This document shows, piece by piece, positions 51,592 through 60,654 of a stretch of DNA of 64,000 bases. The notes below the pieces were generated by a model. That model ran no database searches, had not been told where the DNA came from, and worked only from the letters and a program-made list of their open reading frames with translations. The position numbers and the translations under genes were made by a program. Source of the DNA: a virus; the IMG/VR virus record IMGVR_UViG_3300009158_000001, positions 32,001 to 96,000 of that record; one strand, 5' to 3'. Positions within the stretch are counted from its first letter, which is position 1. Each line of letters begins with the position of its first letter.

Positions 51592-52728
51592 CTAACTACC
51601 AGTATCAGGCCAGTTGCCATTTATATTTCTATAGATGTACCGGTAACGATAACGGTTCTGATAAGCATAGTCTGGATAGTATCTGTAAGATCCAGGAAGT
51701 CTAGTTTTAATATTGACACTCGGAGCAAATCTAGGCATGTTATCAATTGATCTGCCAAAAGCAGGATAGTCTGCACCAAGATAACCTTTGATTGCCATAC
51801 CAGCATTAAGACTTGCGCCATATGAAAGATTACCATTGCTATGAAGAATTCTATGTAAGTCTTCATTGCGTTTTCTCATTTGCTCAATCTTGACTTTCAA
51901 AGCTGAGCCATTGTCAGCCCATTCGACTTTAAGATCGCCAAGTTGTTTAGCACGAGGAGCACCTAAGGCAAGTGAAATATTCTCAATCAAATCAATAGAA
52001 CTATTGATGATTACGTACTCCATCTTAACATAATCAAGCCATTTTTGTGTTCCATTTTGCACTGGCATATCAAAGACCATTGCATCTACAACTTTTGAAT
52101 ATCTATAAATAAGATAGTTAACCGTATCAGCATCAACATCACCTACAATACTACCAACGCTAGATAGAACTTGATCGTAAGTTGCGTACATGGGAGTGTA
52201 CCTACTAGTGAACCAAGATTCGTCTTCTATGCCCACCGAGTCGACTGCAGCGCCAATTTCTTTGATTCCCCTAATTTCAATAACATACTGATTATTATTG
52301 AGTAACGTATCAAAACCTTCATCTTGTGAATAAGTATTGAGTTCGCTGCCACTAGATGTAACAGTAAATGGAACAAGACTTGTAAACATAACTGGAGCAA
52401 GATCAGTGCCAACATTGATTTCAAAGTAAGCCCACCACTCTCCAACTTGAGAGTCAACTGCAGTTATATAGTTATAAGTATATTGTCCATACTTAGTTGG
52501 AGCACCTGGATCAACTCTATAGAATCCTGGCACTGCATGAGTGGCAAGATTGACTCCCGGTAGTCCGGGCTTTTTGCCATATGGATAAATTGATACCTTT
52601 GGTGTAGATTCAGGGATTGTCATATCAGCTGCAGGATCTGTACTAACAAATCCATTAGCTAGATAGCCATTTCCATCTCTGACTTGGCAAACAATATTAA
52701 CTGCATCTCCTTGAATTACGGTTAACAT
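51592..52728 (-). CDS. Head-tail adaptor / neck protein, 378 aa
   Basis: C-terminal half FTSRYTPMYAT...AKQLGDLKVEW is adaptor-like; Ig-like N-terminus. Confidence 0.55.
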   Translation of the reverse strand: MLTVIQGDAVNIVCQVRDGNGYLANGFVSTDPAADMTIPESTPKVSIYPYGKKPGLPGVNLATHAVPGFYRVDPGAPTKYGQYTYNYITAVDSQVGEWWAYFEINVGTDLAPVMFTSLVPFTVTSSGSELNTYSQDEGFDTLLNNNQYVIEIRGIKEIGAAVDSVGIEDESWFTSRYTPMYATYDQVLSSVGSIVGDVDADTVNYLIYRYSKVVDAMVFDMPVQNGTQKWLDYVKMEYVIINSSIDLIENISLALGAPRAKQLGDLKVEWADNGSALKVKIEQMRKRNEDLHRILHSNGNLSYGASLNAGMAIKGYLGADYPAFGRSIDNMPRFAPSVNIKTRLPGSYRYYPDYAYQNRYRYRYIYRNINGNWPDTGS

Positions 52729-52729
52729 A

Positions 52730-53830
52730 TTATTCCCTTATTACGTTGATAATAATTTTTTTGCCATTAACAATCCAAGAATAGCCCACATCGACTGCAT
52801 CTTGGTTGCCATCCATAACATTTCTAAACAACTTAATTGTATCTGCTGTTACGCTAGTGGGATCAATATCCTTATTAAAAGTAAGAGTAATTTGTTTGGT
52901 CTTTAAAGATATATTACTAGCTCCATACTCAGGATCAATTTTTACTAGTTGAAACTCAGTAGCTGCAGCTTCTATCTCTGCTTGAGTAGGCACATCCAGT
53001 CCAATTGGACTTTGCGAAACTGTAGTGGGTAATTCTTTAACCTGATCAGCTGCTGTAGAAAAATCAACCTTATAAGTATCAACTAAATACTGTATGGGCC
53101 GAAGATTTATTGTCCAGGTATCACCTATTTTAAAGCTGTCAGACGCTCCGCCAATAAGTTCAAGGTAAATGTCTTTATCTTTGGCAATTTTGTTTCTACC
53201 AGTTAATGGTAGCAAATCAAACTTAACAGTATCATTGCTGTCAAAATACCATCTTAATTTACAAGATGACGAGCTGCCAGCTTTTGCCACCTCAACAATT
53301 ATTAAATCTGCTGTAGTTCCAGTGTAATAGCCACTAGATCTAATAAGACCTTCGCCGCTAGATAAAGGATCCTTTAGTGGATCAAATACAGTCCTTGATC
53401 CAATGTAACTCCATTCATTGTCAGGAGAAGATGAGCCGCTAATTAGCAATCTATAGTCTGTCTTTTCCTGTAAGAAAGCCCTGGGTCTAATAATTAATTT
53501 GCTTTTAACATCAACGTCGTACTCATAACTCATTTGCTCTTCAAGAGTAAGCCCAGACGAATCGCACCTAACAACCTCTAACTCAACTGGAACTTCACCT
53601 TTGAGATGAAGACTTTCAAGTGTTTTTGCGTAGGAAGATTCATTAGTAAATCTATAAAGTTTTTCTTCAAACTCAACACCAGTTGCAATGTGGTTATCAG
53701 GGCCAACTAGACTAATACTGTTCTCAGCAAGAAACTCAGATACCTCTTGATCAAAAAGAATCTCAATCTTTTCCCCAGTAGGAAAAGTAGTAATAGGACC
53801 TGGCCAAACTGAAACAATATTAAAAGCCAT
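52730..53830 (-). CDS. Ig-like (Big_5/SbsA-type) domain virion protein, 366 aa
   Basis: Two Ig-like units: IVSVWP...IEILFDQEV and LVKIDPEYGASNI...ITLTFNKDIDPTSV. Confidence 0.7.
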   Translation of the reverse strand: MAFNIVSVWPGPITTFPTGEKIEILFDQEVSEFLAENSISLVGPDNHIATGVEFEEKLYRFTNESSYAKTLESLHLKGEVPVELEVVRCDSSGLTLEEQMSYEYDVDVKSKLIIRPRAFLQEKTDYRLLISGSSSPDNEWSYIGSRTVFDPLKDPLSSGEGLIRSSGYYTGTTADLIIVEVAKAGSSSSCKLRWYFDSNDTVKFDLLPLTGRNKIAKDKDIYLELIGGASDSFKIGDTWTINLRPIQYLVDTYKVDFSTAADQVKELPTTVSQSPIGLDVPTQAEIEAAATEFQLVKIDPEYGASNISLKTKQITLTFNKDIDPTSVTADTIKLFRNVMDGNQDAVDVGYSWIVNGKKIIINVIRE

Positions 53831-53832
53831 TA

Positions 53833-54051
53833 TTAGAACTCCTCAATATAAGATTCAAGAGTACATTCAACTTCACACCCAGTAACTAAAGTAATCTCTT
53901 GTGTCTCTAAGCTCTCAGCCTCTATAACCGCATCTTGATTATCCATAATTGCTTGATGTTCCTCAAAAGCTAGCCTTCTAAACAAAGCATCCATGTCCTT
54001 CTGTGACGTAATATTTGCTAATGCATTTGCAATTTTATTTTCTAAACTCAT
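53833..54051 (-). CDS. Hypothetical acidic protein, 72 aa
   Basis: ORF with a GGAG RBS directly after the capsid terminator. Confidence 0.6.
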   Translation of the reverse strand: MSLENKIANALANITSQKDMDALFRRLAFEEHQAIMDNQDAVIEAESLETQEITLVTGCEVECTLESYIEEF

Positions 54052-54085
54052 GTCATCTCCTAGTAATTAATATCTAGATACGGAC

Positions 54086-54094
54086 ATTATAACA
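54086..54094 (-). promoter_or_regulatory. Candidate extended -10 promoter (TGTTATAAT)
   Basis: Exact TGnTATAAT on the minus strand, about 35 nt upstream of the ATG at 54051, overlapping the terminator U-tract. Confidence 0.45.
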
Positions 54095-54126
54095 AAAGAA
54101 AACCCCCAGGCCTTTCGACCTGGGGG
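54091..54126 (-). terminator. Rho-independent terminator after the major capsid gene
   Basis: Minus strand reads CCCCCAGG-TCGAAAGG-CCTGGGGG followed by TTTTCTTTTGTT. Confidence 0.9.
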
Positions 54127-54148
54127 CTATTTATCTATCTTCTAATTA

Positions 54149-55432
54149 TTAGTTAGAAGGGAAGTTTGAGCCGCCGTCAATTGTAGCGCCAGCAGGATCA
54201 AAACCAGAGGTAGGATCGTAGTAAGGACGCGCAATTTCAGGTGAGTAGAAGTTCTGGTCGCAGAAGATATTCTTAAGCGTAACTAGACCCTGGCCTTCGT
54301 TATACATGAAGATACCCCACTTCTCTGACCACTTCATCTTGAAGGTCTCAAAGTACTTGTCTTCCCACTCGTCAGCAACAATGCCTGAACCAACAATTAG
54401 AGCACCAAGTGACTTGCTATCGCAAAGAACGATATCGGTAAGCTTAGTAGCAGGATCGTAAGGCATGAAGCGTGAAGTCACAATACGTAGACCAAACGGA
54501 AGGCCAAGAGGAAGCTGAGGAGCAGCTGTAATGGCATTAACGTTAAAGTCCTTAAGTGAAGCACCAGTACCATCGGGCTTAAGACCAAGCTGGCCACGTG
54601 AGTAACCCTTTGAAAGGACACCCTTAACGGCATCAGGAACACCGCTAACGTTAGCAGCCGAACCCGAATAGTTACCAAAGAGATTGCCGCTGCCGCTCTG
54701 CATGGCAAATGCACGAAGGACGGGGTCGCGTACAAACATAAGGTAAGTAAGAGGATGGCAGATTAGCGTATCGGGAGTGAAACCTCTCTGGATGAGAAGG
54801 TGATACGCATTGAAAAGGTCATCCATGGTAAGCGTACCATTGGTCTTGAGCGTAATGTCACGACCAGTGGTGATACCAAGAGCTGACTGAGAAGGATTAA
54901 GATTGTCGAACGCAGGAACGCTGATGTTCGTGATATGCTTAGCGATTTCGGTCTCCTTGCGGCGAGCGAAAGCACGACCGGCCTCACGGGCAAGGTAACC
55001 AAGGAGATTCCAATTGGAAGCCTTGATAGCCTCTTGCGTAAGGGAGATCATAACACCCCACTTGTCAATGGCGGCCGTAGCCATACCACCGCCAGTAGTC
55101 ACACGCTCTTCACGGTAACCTTCAAGCTCAGTGACCTTATGGACAGTGAAAGCTGAAAGGGCGGGAAGACGGAACTCAGTAATACCATCCGGCGCAGGAA
55201 TGGTATCAAGGAGTGGGGTAAGATTGAGCATTGGCTCCATTGGCTCCATCATAATCTCAACAATTGAGTGCTTGACCCAGGGCCCAAGCTCAGCTGACGT
55301 AATCGCGTCTTCGATTGAAAGACGTGAGTCGCTGGAGTGGTCTGAGCCAGGAAGCCAACCGTTGTTCTTGATGAGCGCTGTAAGCTCACTCTGATCAGCA
55401 ATTTCTAGGTTCTTGTGCTTTAGTCTTGACAT
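54149..55432 (-). CDS. Major capsid protein (HK97 fold), 427 aa
   Basis: KWGVMISLTQEAIKASNWNLLGYLAREAGRAFARRKE long-helix signature and PDTLICHPL; GGAG RBS; GC-rich optimised codons; followed by a strong terminator. Confidence 0.9.
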   Translation of the reverse strand: MSRLKHKNLEIADQSELTALIKNNGWLPGSDHSSDSRLSIEDAITSAELGPWVKHSIVEIMMEPMEPMLNLTPLLDTIPAPDGITEFRLPALSAFTVHKVTELEGYREERVTTGGGMATAAIDKWGVMISLTQEAIKASNWNLLGYLAREAGRAFARRKETEIAKHITNISVPAFDNLNPSQSALGITTGRDITLKTNGTLTMDDLFNAYHLLIQRGFTPDTLICHPLTYLMFVRDPVLRAFAMQSGSGNLFGNYSGSAANVSGVPDAVKGVLSKGYSRGQLGLKPDGTGASLKDFNVNAITAAPQLPLGLPFGLRIVTSRFMPYDPATKLTDIVLCDSKSLGALIVGSGIVADEWEDKYFETFKMKWSEKWGIFMYNEGQGLVTLKNIFCDQNFYSPEIARPYYDPTSGFDPAGATIDGGSNFPSN

Positions 55433-55466
55433 TTTTTGGTTCTCCTTATTGAGATTATGATTTTAA

Positions 55467-57026
55467 TTAGAGTAGGACGCGCACGATGGCAGCGAACTGA
55501 CCACCGCTTGACTGATGAATTTCTGCAGGATGGCCATCATTAGCCGAACCAGGAGTACGATCAGCGAGTGACACGCCATCATAGTCATGGAAAGTCTTGA
55601 CAGAGGCAAGATCAGCCTTAGGTGAACGGTCAAGTGTATAGCACTTACCAACAATGTCTTCAGGAAGCTGATAGCCAGTAGGGTTGGCCCAAGTAGTAAC
55701 CTTGGCTACACTAGCATCAGTAAGGTCACCAGTAGTGGCGGCAACAAGAGCACCAGCAGTGATCTTGAGTGCAACCTCAGGCGTGCGAGCCACATAAGGG
55801 ACAAAGTTAGAATACTTGTCGTAGGAGAGATAATCGCCAGGCTTGACATTACCAGTCACTCCGGCAAAAACAGCAACGTCAACATACTGATCACTGGTAT
55901 CTGCAGCAGCGTCTGAGACGTTAGAGCCAGCAAGAGCAACAGCAGCAGTGGGTAGGTAGCTGAATGTGACAACAGTGCCAGCGGTAGCAAGAGTGCCAGC
56001 GCCGCCCGACTCATACATGAAAAGAATACCAAGTTCACGGTCAACGAAATAATCGCCAACCTTTGTTAGTTGATTTGGGCTACCCTTCTCAGCCTTAAGA
56101 ACAAGTGCGCTTGCAGAAACAGTGCCATATTGCATGGCATTGTAAATGTTATGCTCAATGCTCTTACGACCAAGAGCAAGAGCCACCCAGTTCTCATTCG
56201 TTAGATCGGCATAGCGGACAGGAAGAAGAGCCAAGAGGTCCGAAGCGCCTGCGTCACCAATTTCATTGCCGAAAATCCAACGCGCTGTACCAGCAACTTC
56301 AAGCTGACTAAGAGCAGTAAGCTTTTGGGTATTTGCAGCAGTCGTAACAGTCGCGGCCTTAATAGGAGCAACAGGTAGACGAAGGGTGTGGTCCTGGCCA
56401 GTCCAGAAGGTTGACTTATTTTCACGACGATAGTTCATGAAGCGAAGCTTGTTGGGCTGCGTACCATCACCACCAGCCCAGGCATAAACCACGTTAGCAG
56501 CTACACCGATTGGGCGAGAAATAAAGGCATCAATAGTCTCTGACGCGCCAATAAGGCCACGACTCTTGAGATGCGTAGTCAACTGCGTGACTGTGTACTC
56601 AACAGCAGCAGCAACAGGAAGACCAGTTGTTAGGTCTTCAATGCGCTCATCTACATCTTTCTGCTCATACTTAAGGACCGGAGTGGTACCGCCAGCGACA
56701 ATAGCAGCCTTCCAAGCAAGACGAATACCTGCAGGAACAAGGCGACCTACTGTGCCAAGGTTAATGGTAGAAGTAGCATTCTCACCAGTAAGACTCTCAC
56801 GAGTGAGAGCAACAAGCTTACCGGGCATGATTACAACCATATCGGTAAAGACGTGGCGCTGATACTTGTATGAGAAATAACCATTGGCCGAATTTGTAGC
56901 ATTGCGGCTAATTGGGAGCCAAGCCGCAGCGGCAAGGTCATTCTGAGGTGCAACCGTGTCGCCGTGCGTAGGGGCGATAATCGGCTTACCATAATCGATA
57001 TCTCTAAGCTTTCTATATGTTGCCAT
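55467..57026 (-). CDS. Capsid-associated (decoration/cement-like) protein, 519 aa
   Basis: Immediately upstream of the major capsid gene; VVIMPGKLVAL, RPIGVA and VKPGDYLSYDKYSNFV motifs; codon usage of a highly expressed gene. Confidence 0.6.
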   Translation of the reverse strand: MATYRKLRDIDYGKPIIAPTHGDTVAPQNDLAAAAWLPISRNATNSANGYFSYKYQRHVFTDMVVIMPGKLVALTRESLTGENATSTINLGTVGRLVPAGIRLAWKAAIVAGGTTPVLKYEQKDVDERIEDLTTGLPVAAAVEYTVTQLTTHLKSRGLIGASETIDAFISRPIGVAANVVYAWAGGDGTQPNKLRFMNYRRENKSTFWTGQDHTLRLPVAPIKAATVTTAANTQKLTALSQLEVAGTARWIFGNEIGDAGASDLLALLPVRYADLTNENWVALALGRKSIEHNIYNAMQYGTVSASALVLKAEKGSPNQLTKVGDYFVDRELGILFMYESGGAGTLATAGTVVTFSYLPTAAVALAGSNVSDAAADTSDQYVDVAVFAGVTGNVKPGDYLSYDKYSNFVPYVARTPEVALKITAGALVAATTGDLTDASVAKVTTWANPTGYQLPEDIVGKCYTLDRSPKADLASVKTFHDYDGVSLADRTPGSANDGHPAEIHQSSGGQFAAIVRVLL

Positions 57027-57047
57027 AATTTTCTCCTATAATTTGGG

Positions 57048-57860
57048 TTAGACTTTCACATCTAGTGGGTTAAACTTTCCTGAAACAAAGCCAGAACGCA
57101 CTTGCTGAACAAGATAGTTCTCAGCTTTATTTATATCATGATTTCGTAATTCCTTATATTTACTAGCGACTCTGCGCTCTACAGATGTATAGTATTCTTC
57201 TGTGGTATCCATTGCGTCTTCGATGGTGCTAACATCAAGCTTCTTGCCAAGTTCTTTGAGCTCAGAAGAATCTTCAATAATAATTTCTTCTGACTCTGAA
57301 CTGTCAGCAATTTCACTTACTATCTCTTCGACAGAGTCCATTGGTCCACTCATTTCTTCTTTGATTTCATCGGCAGGAGATTCGCTAGGAATTTCCATGC
57401 CAGCAGCCTGAAGAGAAGCTCCAAGTTGCCACTGCCATTTCTGGTGCATATCAATACGCTCAGCAAGAAAGTTAGCAACACCCTGCTCATTTGCAGCATT
57501 GGCAGCATCAAAGGTACCCTTGAGCATAGCAATCATAGCTACATTCTTCTTGTAAATATCAAGAGCAAGGTCTTTAGCTTCAGTAGTCATAGAGTCATCT
57601 TTGAATGACGCCGTCTCTACCATGTGAGTAAGAGAAGGAGGGAATGCCCCAAGCTTGCGAATATTCTCAGCAAGATCATCTACTGAGCCGTATACATCAT
57701 CATAAATATTGCCAAATAGCTCATGGTACTCAGCAAAATCTGGGCCAGCCACATTCCAATGGGCACGATGCGCAGTGAAGTAAAAAACAACTACGTTGCA
57801 AAGTAGGTCTTCAAGAGCATCAGCGACAGAAGTCGCGCCGGTTGTCATTTCAGTTTCCAT
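57048..57860 (-). CDS. dps: Dps (ferritin-like DNA-protection protein) with an acidic C-terminal extension of about 115 aa
   Basis: AHWNVAGPDFAEYHELFGNIYDDVYGSVDDLAENIRKLG carries the Dps ferroxidase His/His/Asp/Glu; C-terminal helix HQKWQWQL; GGAGG RBS. Confidence 0.9.
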   Translation of the reverse strand: METEMTTGATSVADALEDLLCNVVVFYFTAHRAHWNVAGPDFAEYHELFGNIYDDVYGSVDDLAENIRKLGAFPPSLTHMVETASFKDDSMTTEAKDLALDIYKKNVAMIAMLKGTFDAANAANEQGVANFLAERIDMHQKWQWQLGASLQAAGMEIPSESPADEIKEEMSGPMDSVEEIVSEIADSSESEEIIIEDSSELKELGKKLDVSTIEDAMDTTEEYYTSVERRVASKYKELRNHDINKAENYLVQQVRSGFVSGKFNPLDVKV

Positions 57861-57927
57861 ATTATTCCTCCAAAAGGATTAAGTTAAATTAATAATTACA
57901 TAGTGATTCTAGCATAATTCCTATACT

Positions 57928-60654
57928 TTAGCCACCTATACCAGGAGCAGGATAAGCACCAAGAGGAGGAGTTTCTTTCTTGCTCCACACAACAGGAGCC
58001 ATAATCTTTCTAAGCTCAGATCTTTTTTTGACAATTACTTCTTCAGTCTTGTCATATAAGCCATCCTCATTCATCCTGGCAATAGTGAGAACAGTAGCGG
58101 GATCCTCTTCAGAACCCTCCACACTGCAACTAATTCCATGAGTAACAACACCTTTGCTATGCATTGCATCAATAACGCCGTATCCTTCCTTCATTTCAAC
58201 TGCATCATCTTGCTCACCAAGTGAACCAGAGCTAACACCAACTTCATTACCTTTACTGTCAAGGCGATAAGCAACAAAGTCACCCACTGCAAATGTAGCA
58301 GTTGAAGGAGTAGTGTAAGTCTTCTCGGGGGTATAAGTATCCTCGACGCCAACCTCAGCAACAGGCTCATTGTAAACAAAGTCTCCCATAACCCAAGAAC
58401 CTTTGACTGAGTCTTCGGCTCTCATACGTTCAATCTGAGCAGCTTTGGCATAAGCCCAAGTCTTGCCACCATCACCACCCCAAAGATCCCAAGCAATACG
58501 ACCAGCAGAAGGAAAACCTTCTTCCCCCTGGCTAAAGCCAGAAGCCTTCTTATCAACTTCATGACGAGCAAAAAAACTTTTCATACGCATAACAGTAGAA
58601 GGAGAAAGTTCTTTTTTATTCATGATGTCTCTCGCACGCGCAACACCTACACCCGTGCCACCGCGCTTGAATTCTCCACGCCACTCAAGGCCCCGCTTAG
58701 CAGCTGATGCCATACCAGGCGTAGGAATAAAACCTTGAGCTTCATCATCCATTTCTGGACCAAATAGATCTTGGATATCTTCTCCAAACTCAGACTGATC
58801 CATCTTTGACTTACCAGCATCTTGCATACGAGCTAGCATCTTTTGAGCACGAGCCTGAATAGATTTGACTTTCTCAGGAGCAAGACCACTTACTTGTGGC
58901 GCTCTAGCAATAGCATTACGAAGGTGTGGAAGATCAACCTTGCCATCTTCTCCCTTATAGGGAAGGTGACGGAGTGAACGAGGCTTAGTTTTGCCCTCTT
59001 CATCCTTCTCGCCACCTTGAGTAATGTAGAAGAATGAACTATCAGGAAGGTTATTAACGTAAGCAGTAGTCCAGACAGCATCATCAATGCTGATAGTCTT
59101 TACCATTTCGGAGAACATCTCAGCCGACATATCGTCAGCTAACTCTACATTAAAGTTATTAGCAAGAAATTCTTTAACAGAATCTAGTAGTGATTTACTA
59201 TCAAGTTCAACCTTTGCAAGTTTCTCATCTGTGATAGCTTTGCCAGAGCGTAATTCTTCAAGCTCTGACATTACCTCTACAGGAGCAATAGATTTTGACT
59301 TAATATATTCGTCAACAATTGAAAGAATTTCTTTCTTATTGTCTTCTGATAGTGCAGTGGGCATTTCTTGCTCCTCTTGGTTAGTTAATTTGGTTTGGTC
59401 TTCCATAGGTTCTTGCTTGCTTGCTGAGACTAACCCATCTGGGATAACAGCAAATCTGCAGTAGCCATTTGGTTCTATAGTTTGGGAAATAATTTTACAA
59501 CAATTCTCACTAGCATGAAGAGCACAATTGCCACACTTAACGCCAATGCTAAGATTCTCATTTTCTGGGCCACTTTCATAGCCAACCCAGATACCAGGAG
59601 CCTTATCTAAAGGCCCGACCTTGGCAGCAAGAGTCATCAAAGAATCCGCAAGCGCTTTCTCTTCTTCTGATAACTGACTGTAAAGATCTGCATGATCTTC
59701 AACAATCTCAGTTGGCACCGTAGCAACTGGACCATTATCAAAGCTGGCCATAATCTCCGAGTCAGAGATATCTGTAACTGCATTCTTGAAACAATCAGTG
59801 ACAACCATAGTAGTCTTGAAGTTTTCTAGATATTGTTGAAGTGCGTCGCCTCCAACTTCTTTGTAATTCATAACTCTTGCGTGAACATCAGCAGGATGGG
59901 TGACATAGGCATAACCACGGTAACGGAGACCACTCGGTACACCATAAGCTTTAACGCCATCAATGTCATCGCCAATATCCCATTCCATCTCATCAGTCTT
60001 ATATGATCTACCGCTGATAGAGTCATAGAGGTCATTAGGTGTCATTTCTACGCTGACTGTAAGATAGCGACCATCTAGAGTTTTCTCTACGGCTTCTGGA
60101 TCTGTAACAAGTCCCTTGACAAGTACCCATCCAAGGCCCTCAAAATCCTCATCAGTCATCATTCCAGACTTGGCAAGCTTCTTCATATAGGGAGCCATAG
60201 CAACATCAGGAGCCTTAAGCATAAGGCCATCCTTGATCATTCCAGAGCTAACATTATAGGCAGCCTTAGGATTGTCTACCCACGTACCACCAATAGCCCG
60301 ACCAACTGCGCCTACTTCTCTATTCTCAATCTTCTTACCATCAACAACAGCAACTTCCTTATGCATAGGCTTAATGGGGATATTGTATGGATTAGTAAGT
60401 GTAGGGATAGCGTCTTTTAGATCAGCAGGCATATAAATAAGATTATTCTGAGTAGGCCTCATACCATGAGTAACCTTGGTAAGAGTTACTAGGCCGACCT
60501 TATTCTCCGCAACACCATCATTAATAAAGTATTTGAAATCAAGAAAATGAGGACTCTTTTTGTCCCATACTTCATGGGTAAAATCGCCCTTAACACTATT
60601 AACAAAATAGTCTTGAACGATACCTTCTTGTAATAGTCTCTTACTTATCTTCAT
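57928..60654 (-). CDS. Prohead maturation protease fused to several accessory domains, 908 aa
   Basis: N-terminal PMH...AVGRAI...VTDPEAVEKTLDGRYLTVSVEM...YVTHPAD fits an HK97/herpes-type protease; located between portal and capsid genes. Confidence 0.75.
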   Translation of the reverse strand: MKISKRLLQEGIVQDYFVNSVKGDFTHEVWDKKSPHFLDFKYFINDGVAENKVGLVTLTKVTHGMRPTQNNLIYMPADLKDAIPTLTNPYNIPIKPMHKEVAVVDGKKIENREVGAVGRAIGGTWVDNPKAAYNVSSGMIKDGLMLKAPDVAMAPYMKKLAKSGMMTDEDFEGLGWVLVKGLVTDPEAVEKTLDGRYLTVSVEMTPNDLYDSISGRSYKTDEMEWDIGDDIDGVKAYGVPSGLRYRGYAYVTHPADVHARVMNYKEVGGDALQQYLENFKTTMVVTDCFKNAVTDISDSEIMASFDNGPVATVPTEIVEDHADLYSQLSEEEKALADSLMTLAAKVGPLDKAPGIWVGYESGPENENLSIGVKCGNCALHASENCCKIISQTIEPNGYCRFAVIPDGLVSASKQEPMEDQTKLTNQEEQEMPTALSEDNKKEILSIVDEYIKSKSIAPVEVMSELEELRSGKAITDEKLAKVELDSKSLLDSVKEFLANNFNVELADDMSAEMFSEMVKTISIDDAVWTTAYVNNLPDSSFFYITQGGEKDEEGKTKPRSLRHLPYKGEDGKVDLPHLRNAIARAPQVSGLAPEKVKSIQARAQKMLARMQDAGKSKMDQSEFGEDIQDLFGPEMDDEAQGFIPTPGMASAAKRGLEWRGEFKRGGTGVGVARARDIMNKKELSPSTVMRMKSFFARHEVDKKASGFSQGEEGFPSAGRIAWDLWGGDGGKTWAYAKAAQIERMRAEDSVKGSWVMGDFVYNEPVAEVGVEDTYTPEKTYTTPSTATFAVGDFVAYRLDSKGNEVGVSSGSLGEQDDAVEMKEGYGVIDAMHSKGVVTHGISCSVEGSEEDPATVLTIARMNEDGLYDKTEEVIVKKRSELRKIMAPVVWSKKETPPLGAYPAPGIGG

